Positions 9,083-17,934 of a stretch of 64,000 nucleotides of DNA are shown here, in pieces (positions within the stretch are counted from its first letter, which is position 1; each line of letters begins with the position of its first letter). The DNA comes from Ignavibacteria bacterium (GTDB lineage Bacteria; Bacteroidota; Ignavibacteria; Tepidaquicellales; OLB5). The position numbers were made by a program, and so were the translations under genes. The stretch spans positions 9,819-73,818 of the forward strand of contig JBDTNV010000001.1 of the NCBI GenBank assembly GCA_039933555.1, in the 5' to 3' direction. The notes beneath the pieces were generated by a model that saw only the letters and a list, made by a program, of their open reading frames with translations, was not told where the DNA came from and ran no database searches.

Positions 9083-10339
9083 ATGAAAAAACTCCTTCTA
9101 ATATTGCTCATTGTTCATTGCTCATTGACAATTGTAAAAAGTCAGTGGGTACAGCAAACTGTGCCTGTAAGTAAGCCAATTAAAGGTATTAAATTTATTG
9201 ATGCCAATATAGGATGGTCTTGTACAGATAAAGGCACAACCGGTCTTAGTTACGGATATATAATGTATACCTCTAATGGTGGAGCTAACTGGTCTATACA
9301 AGATTCATCTCTTAATACGGATTATAATGCATTGGCGGTAATAGACTATAATACAGTGTATGCAGGCGGCGATAGTGTTGGTTTTGGAAAGTTAGCTAAG
9401 ACCGTAAACGGGGGATTGAACTGGACATACCTGCAATTACCCAGCAATATGCTTATAGATGATATACAATTTTTAAATAAAGATAGCGGCTGGACATGTA
9501 TAGACCTTGTGGGACCGGATGTGCGCACCACGACCAATGGAGGCATTAACTGGATAGTAAGAACAAGCGGGATAGCATCGCAGACACAGCGGATATTTTA
9601 CCTCAATTACAATACAGGTTTTTGCGGTGCGAATACATTTTTATATAAGACTACAAATGCAGGCTTGAATTGGAATTTGTACTATAACCCAAGCGATCCG
9701 GTTAATTCTGTTTTCTTTTTGAATGAACTAACCGGTTGGGTAGGCATTACTAATAACAGGATAAAATATACTTCCAACTCTGGTTTAAACTGGACGGAAC
9801 AAACTATTTCCCCGCCTTCAGGTAATATATGGGAATTATATTTTATTAACAACAACACAGGATGGGCAGGCGTTAGCTTTGATTACATTTTTAAAACAAC
9901 AAATCATGGTTTAAACTGGGGTTATCAAAATGTTACAACAGGTTCAAGAGAATTCTGTTTTATTGATAGCTTACATGGATGGTGTGGATATTTAGGTATT
10001 GGTCTTGTTTCCAAAACAACAAATGGCGGCGGAATAATTACTTATAACGCAATACAGCAGATTGGGAATGAAATTCCGGTTCAATACATATTATATCAAA
10101 ACTATCCAAATCCATTTAATCCTGTTACAACAATTAAAATTGATGTCCCAAAGTCCTCACATATCAAATTGATAATTTTTGATATCTTAGGCAGAGAGTT
10201 ACATAAGGAAGAAGAATACTTGAGAACAGGAAGTTATGAATTTAAGTGGGATGCCTCCGGGTACTCTTCCGGGACATACTTTTATCAACTTATTACAGAA
10301 CAATATACTGAAACCAAAAAAATGCTGATGATTAAATAA
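9083..10339 (+). CDS. T9SS-secreted BNR/Ycf48-like beta-propeller protein (copy 2)
   Basis: Collinear paralog of 7471-8724 (roughly 55-65% aa identity by eye), with the same TTNGGxNW repeats and NYPNPFNP..KKMLMIK C-terminal domain. Confidence 0.85.
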   Translation: MKKLLLILLIVHCSLTIVKSQWVQQTVPVSKPIKGIKFIDANIGWSCTDKGTTGLSYGYIMYTSNGGANWSIQDSSLNTDYNALAVIDYNTVYAGGDSVGFGKLAKTVNGGLNWTYLQLPSNMLIDDIQFLNKDSGWTCIDLVGPDVRTTTNGGINWIVRTSGIASQTQRIFYLNYNTGFCGANTFLYKTTNAGLNWNLYYNPSDPVNSVFFLNELTGWVGITNNRIKYTSNSGLNWTEQTISPPSGNIWELYFINNNTGWAGVSFDYIFKTTNHGLNWGYQNVTTGSREFCFIDSLHGWCGYLGIGLVSKTTNGGGIITYNAIQQIGNEIPVQYILYQNYPNPFNPVTTIKIDVPKSSHIKLIIFDILGRELHKEEEYLRTGSYEFKWDASGYSSGTYFYQLITEQYTETKKMLMIK

Positions 10340-10357
10340 GAATTATTTAATCAGAAG

Positions 10358-10430
10358 TCCCGCTCGGCGGGAATGTTGATTAAGTAAAAATTATTGCTTT
10401 GGCAATAGTTCCTCTTAATAGAGGAAATTT
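10358..10430 (+). terminator. Cluster of three short hairpins after BNR copy 2; the last resembles a terminator
   Basis: TCCCGC-tcg-GCGGGA (10358-10372), TATTGC-tttg-GCAATA (10392-10407) and TTCCTCT-taat-AGAGGAA (10409-10426), followed by ATTTT. Confidence 0.4.
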
Positions 10431-10499
10431 TAATAAAAAAACAATTCAACATTTCAACCCAAAATAACATTACAAAATAATCCTTCAAAGGAGGCAGAA

Positions 10500-11068
10500 A
10501 TGAAGTTACTTACAGCTTTTACCTTGGCATTTCTTCTGTTCACAACATTTCTTTTTTCACAATCAAACACATTCAGGCTTGGTTTTACAGGTGCCTATCC
10601 AAATTACTCCCATATTCTGCTTAACTCACCCACATATAACTCTGACTGGAACTGGTATGACGAGTTCACTATGAATACATGGTCTGCATGGTGGGTTGGT
10701 GATACCGCCCAAACGGTTTTTGGCCGATTAAGCTCACACAGTCTTTATTTGGAAATAGAATTCAGGATATAGGAATAAGATTAGCCTTAGAAGAAAAAAT
10801 TTCCCGTTTTAAGAATTTCGAACAGGCTCACGGCAAAGTTGTAAAAGGCTTTTATATGGAAGAAGTTGACTACAGTAATCTTGCCTGCTTAAAGCTGTTA
10901 AATGATACACTTCTTCCCGCCTGGTCAGGCAGCGACCCGGATTATAAAATGATAGGTTTAATAAACTGGATATCGTTCCGCTCTCCACTAAAGGCTCCTT
11001 TTTTTATGCTAAAAACACAGAATACTCTCACGGTAAAACGGGATTTATCTTCGTTTTATCTTAAATAA
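10500..11068 (+). pseudogene. Small secreted-protein gene X-2, split by a frameshift at a T5 tract
   Basis: AAGGAGG RBS. ORF 10500-10772 (signal peptide plus W/Y/N-rich region) and ORF 10703-11068 (frame -1) overlap. Adding one T to the T5 run at 10717-10721 fuses them into an ORF of about 190 aa. The 3' end contains DR-R. Confidence 0.5.
11027..11066 (+). repeat. 40-bp direct repeat, right copy (DR-R)
   Basis: 39/40 identical to 7340-7379. Confidence 0.9.
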
Positions 11069-11076
11069 CGGATAGT

Positions 11077-11084
11077 TATCTTTG
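11077..11084 (+). promoter_or_regulatory. Putative -7 promoter box (TATCTTTG) for wecB
   Basis: Matches TAnnTTTG, 19 nt upstream of the ATG at 11104. Confidence 0.45.
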
Positions 11085-11103
11085 ATATCTGAAAAGAAAA
11101 TAT

Positions 11104-12285
11104 ATGGCCCAGGAAAACATTAATATTGGTTTGAATCCCGAAGATATGAAAGGGAAAAAGGTAATTGTGCTTATTTTCGGTACAAGGCCTGAAGTTCTGA
11201 AGCTTTTTGTTTTGTACAGGATTTTGAAGAAATCAGAAGAATTCTATCCTTTGCTCTATAATACAGCACAACAGAAGATTTCCGGTGACATCTTAGAGAA
11301 TATAGGTATTCATCCTGATATTACTGCCGCGGAAAAACCAAACCGCTCAAGTGATCTAAATGAGCTTATTGCGCATTTGCTTGGTGACTTCAACGAGAAA
11401 TTTGGCGAGAAATCACCGGTAAGAAAAGAGCATTTGCACGGAATTATTGTACAGGGTGATACAGCCTCTGCATTTTCAGGCGCGCTTTGGGGATTTCTGA
11501 ACCAGATACCGGTCTTCCACGCAGAAGCAGGTCTGCGTACTTATGACAAGATGAACCCCTTCCCTGAGGAATTTATGCGTGAAGCAGTAGCGCGTATGAC
11601 AACACTTCATTTTGCGCCAAAAGGGATTAACCGCGATAACCTGATAAGAGAAGGAATAAAAGCTGAAAATATTTTTGTAATTGGTAACACTATAAATGAT
11701 GCCATATTCACACTCATAAAGGAAAAGAAAATTAAAGAGCCTTTACAGAAGAATTACATTCTTAGCACTTTCCACCGCAGGGAAAACTGGGGTTATGTTT
11801 CTGATTACGCCAGGATACTGAACACTGTAATGGATGATGTATCAGGTTATACTGAAATATTGCATCTCATGCATCCCAATCCTTTGATACAGCGGAGCTT
11901 TGATGAGGTCATGAACGGTCAAGGCCACAAAAAGCTTATTATAATGAAGCCCATTCACGATTACTTTGAAATGCTTGGTTATGTTAAAAATGCGGGATGT
12001 ATATTGACCGATTCAGGCGGGCTGCAGGAAGAATCACTATTCTTCAACGTGCCATGCGGCGTATTAAGGAAAACAACTGAGAGGCCCGAAGTATTAAAGA
12101 AAAATGCAAAGCTGCTTCCCATAGATAAACCCGAAATTACAAGCTTCCTGACAGATGCAATTGATTACAGAAAAGTACACCAGTCAAAATATAATTATAC
12201 TTACGGTTTCGGTGACTCCAGTTATCTTATTTATGAACTGCTTAAGAAATTCTACGGGATACAAACAGAGTTTTCGTATTTATAA
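11104..12285 (+). CDS. wecB: UDP-N-acetylglucosamine 2-epimerase (non-hydrolysing)
   Basis: Epimerase_2 motifs: LIFGTRPEVLKL, VQGDTASAFSGAL, HAEAGLRTYD, PFPEEFMRE, DSGGLQEE. Confidence 0.88.
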   Translation: MAQENINIGLNPEDMKGKKVIVLIFGTRPEVLKLFVLYRILKKSEEFYPLLYNTAQQKISGDILENIGIHPDITAAEKPNRSSDLNELIAHLLGDFNEKFGEKSPVRKEHLHGIIVQGDTASAFSGALWGFLNQIPVFHAEAGLRTYDKMNPFPEEFMREAVARMTTLHFAPKGINRDNLIREGIKAENIFVIGNTINDAIFTLIKEKKIKEPLQKNYILSTFHRRENWGYVSDYARILNTVMDDVSGYTEILHLMHPNPLIQRSFDEVMNGQGHKKLIIMKPIHDYFEMLGYVKNAGCILTDSGGLQEESLFFNVPCGVLRKTTERPEVLKKNAKLLPIDKPEITSFLTDAIDYRKVHQSKYNYTYGFGDSSYLIYELLKKFYGIQTEFSYL

Positions 12286-12503
12286 GAATATGACTTTGTA
12301 CCATTATTCTTTCCACGAAATAAATTCCTATAAAAATATTCCATTATTTAAATAAGCAGTGTTTTCCGGACTATTTTAATACTCCATTCTTGGCGTGAAA
12401 TACCTGCTTCCTGAAAGTCTCAACTATATTAACCGCTTGATTTATGTGGAAATTATTGACATCTTAAGGGAATAATTTTAGTCATATTAAACAGTATAAT
12501 AAG

Positions 12504-13145
12504 ATGATAAAACATGTTATTAAAATACTGTTAGCTTTTTACTGTTTTCATACTATGTCACTTGCCCAGGATCTGAGGCATATCGAATCTGTTAACCAGC
12601 CCGGCGTGAATAATAATGATACAAAAGCCCCCCTTCAAAAGGACTTCAACAGCCAGAAATCAACAATACAAAATGAAACTATAAGCACACCAGGCAATGA
12701 GCTTTACAGGTATTCCTTTGACCTTATGCAGACAAGCCGGAAATTAAAAGAGGAAAGTACATTCAACATAGTGTCATCTTTCAGGCAGAATATAAGGTTC
12801 GGGGGATTCTGGGACCGGTATGCTATTGTAAACTTTACACCTGATATGTACATTAAGCCATTCGATTTTATGAGTATTTATGCCGTCCACAATTCAAGCT
12901 ACTTCATCCCTATTAAAGCAGTAAAGGATCATTTTAAATTGATGGCAATACAAAGCGCTGCAATTCTGGCAATTGATAATACTGTTAAGTTCTTTTTGCC
13001 AATGAGCAGAATGTTAAAGGCTATTGCCGGATTTGTTCTGAAAAACATAGTAATAAACGGTTTGATGAAAGATATCCTCAGCAGGGGAAGCGATAAGATA
13101 TTTGAACAGGGAAATTATTATTGCGCGGTGAGTATAAGATTTTAG
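12504..13145 (+). CDS. Hypothetical secreted/membrane-associated protein
   Basis: Signal-peptide-like N-terminus (..FHTMSLAQ); no recognisable motif; followed by a strong terminator. Confidence 0.4.
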   Translation: MIKHVIKILLAFYCFHTMSLAQDLRHIESVNQPGVNNNDTKAPLQKDFNSQKSTIQNETISTPGNELYRYSFDLMQTSRKLKEESTFNIVSSFRQNIRFGGFWDRYAIVNFTPDMYIKPFDFMSIYAVHNSSYFIPIKAVKDHFKLMAIQSAAILAIDNTVKFFLPMSRMLKAIAGFVLKNIVINGLMKDILSRGSDKIFEQGNYYCAVSIRF

Positions 13146-13151
13146 AAATAG

Positions 13152-13177
13152 AAAACCCGGCATAAACCGGGTTTTTT
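13152..13177. terminator. Bidirectional rho-independent terminator
   Basis: AAAACCCGG-cataaa-CCGGGTTTT hairpin flanked by an A-run and a T-run, between convergent genes 12504-13145 (+) and 13238-15172 (-). Confidence 0.8.
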
Positions 13178-13196
13178 GTTTAATTGTCTTTTATAT

Positions 13197-13237
13197 TATT
13201 TTACCAGCCTTAGAAACAAGGTTGTAAAATAGCTCCG
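13197..13237 (-). repeat. Short copy (C) of the conserved element found 3' of T9SS cargo genes
   Basis: Minus strand after the stop: hairpin AAAATAGC-gga-GCTATTTT overlapping the TAG, then ACAACCTTGTTTCTAAGGCTGGTAAAATA. This is near-identical to cores at 46325-46358 and 47345-47375. Confidence 0.6.
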
Positions 13238-15172
13238 CTATTTTACTAATATCATTTTCTTCACTTCTGAATAATCATTAGTAATCATCCTGTAGAAATA
13301 AACCCCTGAGGAATAGTTCTCTCCGTTAAAATCAACTTCATAACTGCCCGGGGAGAAGTTTTCATCCACAAGTGTTGTTACAATCCTGCCTGTTACATCA
13401 TATATAACAATTTTCACAAAATTATTCTTACCTGTTGAAGGCACGGAAAATTTTATTTTTGTCTTTGGATTAAACGGATTAGGATAATTTTGCAATAAGT
13501 TAAACTTTTCGGGTATTTCAGAAGATAATTGTTTTATTCCTATTACAAAGTTTATCAAGGGCAACTCTATGTACGATTTTGAATTATTATTTATGAGTAA
13601 TTTGTTTAGTCCAGCTTTAAGTGATGGCAGCATAAACGGGTTTGTACGCAGGAAAACATCAGTTGTATCATCATTAAGATCATACAATGGGACATTATCA
13701 AGATTGGTTAATTTAACCCTGATCTTATCTCCTGCCCTGAATACATGAGAGTATGACTGCCCGTTAACATATTTTTGTTTTACCTGGTTTGCGTTATAAT
13801 CCCTGTCAGTCCAGTTGATCCTTGTAACAAGCTTTTCACCACCGTTTGCTTTTACATCCCACACCTGCATATTATACTGGCACATTCCATTTGCCGTTGA
13901 TGAATAATACAGGTAAGCATATGGTGTCCCTGCCATAATTGCATCCTGCAACAAAGCTGGTGTATCAAAATAGATTTCATTTTTATGGAATTTAGCCTCA
14001 AAGAGTGGTCCGCGGAATTCAGTATTTACAAGGTACTCCATTGTTACGTTTGTATCAAGAATTTCATTATTGCAGCTCACGTCGGTCTGCGAGCCACCGT
14101 ACCCATATACCTGCAATTGGTTTGAGGGATGGAAATAAAGCTTTACGTTCTCAACACCCGTAGGCGGCCATGTTGGTGAGTAATACCTGTTCCAGGTCCA
14201 TTTGCTTTCGCTGACCGGGTAACGGCTTGCAGCATAGGTGAACTTCTGGTTAACATCCATAACATTGTTCTGAATTCCCTGAACATGATATTCAACCCAG
14301 TCTCTTAATACCTGTGTCTTGTAGTTTTCTTCTGACTGAATATAGTCACTGCCATGTCCATCCATTACACCGAAATACATTTTTAAATTATTGTAAGGAA
14401 GTATGTATGCGCTTCTTATCTCACCCAGTGTGTTAAAGAATTTATCCTGCCATGCATTTTCAACCAGAATGGGTATCTGGCAATTGTTAACAGTACTTAG
14501 GAAATCGCGGTTCTGCGGAAGGTAAAATGCCAGGCTATCCCATTTTTCCTTTGTGTTTGCATAAATCCACGGTTTAAAACGGCTTACAAGCGGGTTATAT
14601 CTGACGATGCTTGTATCGTAACCTGTTGACCACAGGAATGTCATTTTAATTCCGCCGTTCTCGATCCAGTTAGTGCCTTGTTCAGGTGATGCAAGATCAG
14701 TGATTATGGTTTTAACATTCAGTCCGCTGCAGACCGCCATAAAAGGTATTATGCCGCCTTGTGAACCGCCGTGTATGAATACTTTATTATCGTTTGTGTT
14801 TGCATCGGCTTTCATAAACAGGATGACCTCTTTTAAGTCATTGGCTTCTGTCATGCTGATAAAGTTCGAACGCCCTTCAGAAAGCCCCTGCCCGCGCATG
14901 CTGTAAACCAAAGAGTAATATCCGTTTGTCGCGTAATCTATAGCTTCAGGCATTTCAGTGAATTTATTTAAGCCGAAGCCGTGAGTTATCAGGGCGCATG
15001 GCCATCCGCCTGCAGGCGGCGAGCCTGCCGGAATGAATTTTGTGCAATCAAGCTTAATATTATCTGAAAGAGTAAGCATAAAATCAACTCTTGTATATGC
15101 AAAGCCGGGGGGTTTGGCACTAAGTGATGCTGATAAAAATATTATAGTAAGAAAAAGTAAAATGTATTTCAT
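13238..15172 (-). CDS. T9SS-secreted CocE/NonD (S15 X-Pro dipeptidyl-peptidase-like) alpha/beta hydrolase
   Basis: Signal peptide, HGFGLNK, MRGQGLSEG, nucleophile elbow HGGSQGG, and C-terminal NYPNPFNPKT..YFYRM..KKMILVK. Confidence 0.75.
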   Translation of the reverse strand: MKYILLFLTIIFLSASLSAKPPGFAYTRVDFMLTLSDNIKLDCTKFIPAGSPPAGGWPCALITHGFGLNKFTEMPEAIDYATNGYYSLVYSMRGQGLSEGRSNFISMTEANDLKEVILFMKADANTNDNKVFIHGGSQGGIIPFMAVCSGLNVKTIITDLASPEQGTNWIENGGIKMTFLWSTGYDTSIVRYNPLVSRFKPWIYANTKEKWDSLAFYLPQNRDFLSTVNNCQIPILVENAWQDKFFNTLGEIRSAYILPYNNLKMYFGVMDGHGSDYIQSEENYKTQVLRDWVEYHVQGIQNNVMDVNQKFTYAASRYPVSESKWTWNRYYSPTWPPTGVENVKLYFHPSNQLQVYGYGGSQTDVSCNNEILDTNVTMEYLVNTEFRGPLFEAKFHKNEIYFDTPALLQDAIMAGTPYAYLYYSSTANGMCQYNMQVWDVKANGGEKLVTRINWTDRDYNANQVKQKYVNGQSYSHVFRAGDKIRVKLTNLDNVPLYDLNDDTTDVFLRTNPFMLPSLKAGLNKLLINNNSKSYIELPLINFVIGIKQLSSEIPEKFNLLQNYPNPFNPKTKIKFSVPSTGKNNFVKIVIYDVTGRIVTTLVDENFSPGSYEVDFNGENYSSGVYFYRMITNDYSEVKKMILVK

Positions 15173-15309
15173 TATTTACTGTTATTTAGGCATAATTGTG
15201 TATAAATTTAGCATTTATATATGAATTGTGCAATAGGAGAAAGATTTAATTTTGAGCAGTGTAAATATATGAAAATCTGCTGTTTGTTGTGGTATTACAT
15301 AAGGATGAT

Positions 15310-15795
15310 TTAATACATGAACTTTTTTTGTGTTTTATTATAAAAGGGATAATTTTCAATAACTGATTTCAATAAGACTTCCTGCGGAATATCAATTATA
15401 AATTCACTTATAAAGTGTTGATCGCTTATACCTGAGGCCGATATAACATTAATATAAGTGCCAATATCAGGATGTTCTGCAATTATAATTAGGTTTTGTG
15501 CTTCAGGTGAAATACCTCTTACCTGTTCATCAGGCAGTGAGAAGTGAATTGTGCTAAATGAATTTGTGAACTTAGGGGATGTAATTAAAAGCGAATCATG
15601 GTCATCTATGATACTTACAAGCATATTAGGAAGAGCTTCAGATTGAAGATTACGGACAGAAACTGTTAAGTTAATAATAGAATTACTTGTATCATTAAGC
15701 CGGTTTATGAATTTACCGGTAAGGTCGATAAATTCATTACAGCCTGAAATTAAAATCATTATTAGTAATATGTATTTTTTCATATGATTAATCAA
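15310..15795 (-). CDS. Hypothetical lipoprotein
   Basis: Lipobox LISGC after a hydrophobic leader; no other motif. Confidence 0.45.
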   Translation of the reverse strand: MINHMKKYILLIMILISGCNEFIDLTGKFINRLNDTSNSIINLTVSVRNLQSEALPNMLVSIIDDHDSLLITSPKFTNSFSTIHFSLPDEQVRGISPEAQNLIIIAEHPDIGTYINVISASGISDQHFISEFIIDIPQEVLLKSVIENYPFYNKTQKKFMY

Positions 15796-15823
15796 AAAGA
15801 GCCGGTTTTATCCGGCTCTTTTT
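15794..15823 (-). terminator. Rho-independent terminator after 15836-16234
   Basis: AGAGCCGG-ttttat-CCGGCTCT stem flanked by A and T runs. Confidence 0.65.
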
Positions 15824-15835
15824 GATTTTACAATT

Positions 15836-16234
15836 TTAATCCGTACATAAATTACCTAATCCAACTGTATAAGGGTTGAAGCCACAAAGTGTTTCTGTCT
15901 GGTTGTTGATATCTCTACATCCATTTAAGCCTTTGCTTGGACCAACCCAACTCACTCTAACCATTCCCCACCCAGAATTGACGCATACTAACCCATTGTT
16001 ATTACTTGTATAATTCCCAATGTACCCATCCGGGAATGTTATAGTGACACTTGCTCCTGAAATTGGATTGTTGGCATTATCAACTATTTTCACGCTAAAA
16101 CCAGGCAGATACTCTTTATTGAACGCGTTAGATGCATATGAATTTGTATATATCGATGCGGAAAATATAGAAATTACTACAAGCATTAAAATGCTTAACA
16201 AAAATGTGCGTTTCATGTTTTTAATTCCTTTCAA
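15836..16234 (-). CDS. Small secreted protein with carboxypeptidase-regulatory-like (Ig-like) domain and Cys-rich tail
   Basis: Signal peptide; FSVKIVDNANNPISGASVTITF resembles CarboxypepD_reg strands; four Cys in the C-terminal third. Confidence 0.45.
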   Translation of the reverse strand: MKGIKNMKRTFLLSILMLVVISIFSASIYTNSYASNAFNKEYLPGFSVKIVDNANNPISGASVTITFPDGYIGNYTSNNNGLVCVNSGWGMVRVSWVGPSKGLNGCRDINNQTETLCGFNPYTVGLGNLCTD

Positions 16235-16283
16235 AGTTTAAGAATAAGATTTTTAAATAAATTAACTTGCGCAAGTATTGTAA

Positions 16284-16291
16284 CAAAAATA
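16284..16291 (-). promoter_or_regulatory. Putative -7 box (TATTTTTG) for 15836-16234
   Basis: Reverse complement matches TAnnTTTG, 50 nt upstream of the start. Confidence 0.35.
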
Positions 16292-16356
16292 TGTAAAGCA
16301 TCCGGAGTTTGCAAAGACAGATTAACGAGTTTGTAGCTTTTAGGAAATATATACTT

Positions 16357-16364
16357 TATATTTG
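16357..16364 (+). promoter_or_regulatory. Putative -7 box (TATATTTG) for P-family gene P1
   Basis: Matches TAnnTTTG, 69 nt upstream of the ATG at 16433. Confidence 0.35.
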
Positions 16365-16432
16365 AAACCAAGGTTTATTTTAAATATTATTTATTGATAT
16401 CGTAAGTTATTTTTTAAATCGTATATACAAAA

Positions 16433-17869
16433 ATGAATTCGAAATTATTAGAGCTATACAATTGCTTAAGTTATAATGAAATCAAAAAAATGGGGTATTT
16501 TGTAAGATCTCCTTTCCATAACAAAAGCAAATTGATGATAAAGGTATATGTGTATATCAGAAGACAGAAAATGAATACTGTAGTCCAAATAGATGGAAAA
16601 GGTTTATATAGTTATTTATATCCAAAAGAAATTTACAATTATAGTAAGATCAGATTAATTATTTCAGACTTTGTGAAATTGATAGAAGAATTTTTAAAGT
16701 TGACAAACTATATGCAAAACAATATATACCAGAACTTAGATTTGCTTGAAGATTTGAGACAAAGAGGAGCTGATAAATGTTTTTTGATGCTTGCAGATAA
16801 ATTGCACAAAGAGATCAACAACAGAACTATTTTTCGAATTGAAGAATATTTTTTTTTAGCAAGATTGACTCCCTATTCAGTTATGTATCAAATAAATAAA
16901 ATGAAACAATTAGATATAAAACGATTTGAGAAATCTTCACACTATTATCAATTATTATTTTTACTTTCTAACATTCAAAATTACAATCTAAATAGAATTA
17001 GCTTTGCACCTTGGAATAAAGATTTAAAAGTAGAAGGATTCTTGATTGTTGAATGTATTAACCATATTTCAAAGAATGAACAGTATTTTCGTAATAGTCA
17101 CATTCTAGTTTACATCGAATATCTTATATGCAAAATGTTTGATGATTGTGAAAATTACTCTCTGCATTCTAAATTATTCAATATAGTGAAGGACAAATAC
17201 TCAGATTTAACGATGACATATCTTACACATATATTTTACTCATTTAACGCACAATATATAACTGCAACTAATAATTCATTTGATATTGGAATCCACAAAA
17301 AAAAATTCTACAATGTTGTCAATTTTTTTTTTGATAAAGGTTTTTTTAACTCTTATAAATTTATCCCACCAGAAATGTTTTTCAATGTAATAAATATAAG
17401 TTCGGATTTAAATCTGAGATTTGCAAAAAATTTCCTAGATTTATATCAAAGTAAGCTTGATAAAGAAGTAAAAAATGATATCCAATGCTTGTCGAAAACT
17501 AAAATCTTAATGATTGAAGGAAAATACACAAACGCTATTAATGTTTTAAATAAAATTGATATGGTTAATTATCAGGTATATTTAGTTTCCAGAACATATC
17601 TGGCAATGATATACTATAAAATTTCTGAATTAGAAACCTTGCTCTATTTAATAGATGCATCAAAACATTTTTTATATAGACACAAAGCAGAGTTAGGATC
17701 ACGCTATGATAGGTTTCTTAACTTTTATTTGTATTTGTTAAGATTAATTAGAGTAGGAAGCATTGACAAAAAGAAATTGACTCAGTATAAATGTGAAATA
17801 AAAAACATAAGTAATATTGTTGGCAAAGATTGGTTAATTACTGAAATTAATGAGTTAATGAAGAAATAA
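16433..17869 (+). CDS. P-family paralog P1: uncharacterised ~480-aa cytoplasmic helical/TPR-like repeat protein
   Basis: Collinear with 43257, 44713, 49892 and 61102(-). Degenerate N-terminal box (..YFVRSPFHNKSKL..), TPR-like pair (KTKILMIEGKYTNAINVLNKI) and terminal helix (KDWLITEINELMKK). No signal peptide or TM segment. Confidence 0.7.
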   Translation: MNSKLLELYNCLSYNEIKKMGYFVRSPFHNKSKLMIKVYVYIRRQKMNTVVQIDGKGLYSYLYPKEIYNYSKIRLIISDFVKLIEEFLKLTNYMQNNIYQNLDLLEDLRQRGADKCFLMLADKLHKEINNRTIFRIEEYFFLARLTPYSVMYQINKMKQLDIKRFEKSSHYYQLLFLLSNIQNYNLNRISFAPWNKDLKVEGFLIVECINHISKNEQYFRNSHILVYIEYLICKMFDDCENYSLHSKLFNIVKDKYSDLTMTYLTHIFYSFNAQYITATNNSFDIGIHKKKFYNVVNFFFDKGFFNSYKFIPPEMFFNVINISSDLNLRFAKNFLDLYQSKLDKEVKNDIQCLSKTKILMIEGKYTNAINVLNKIDMVNYQVYLVSRTYLAMIYYKISELETLLYLIDASKHFLYRHKAELGSRYDRFLNFYLYLLRLIRVGSIDKKKLTQYKCEIKNISNIVGKDWLITEINELMKK

Positions 17870-17921
17870 CTTGCCCAAAATACAATTAATTTGAAGATTT
17901 TAATAATCCATCGGTTTTACT

Positions 17922-17929
17922 TATATTTG
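17922..17929 (+). promoter_or_regulatory. Putative -7 box (TATATTTG) immediately upstream of the glycosylasparaginase ATG
   Basis: The TAnnTTTG match ends 5 nt before the ATG at 17935, which implies a leaderless mRNA. Confidence 0.35.
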
Positions 17930-17934
17930 TAGCT

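Noticed and set aside
7340-11066. DR-bounded 3.7-kb segment considered as a mobile element or genomic islet
   Set aside because: There is no transposase, integrase, inverted terminal repeat or tRNA target. The repeats are explained as tails of successive copies of gene X in a tandem array.
12155-12355. 66-aa ORF overlapping the wecB 3' end; also 10856-11068 taken as an independent 70-aa gene
   Set aside because: The first is out of frame within wecB. The second is better explained as the downstream half of frameshifted gene X-2.
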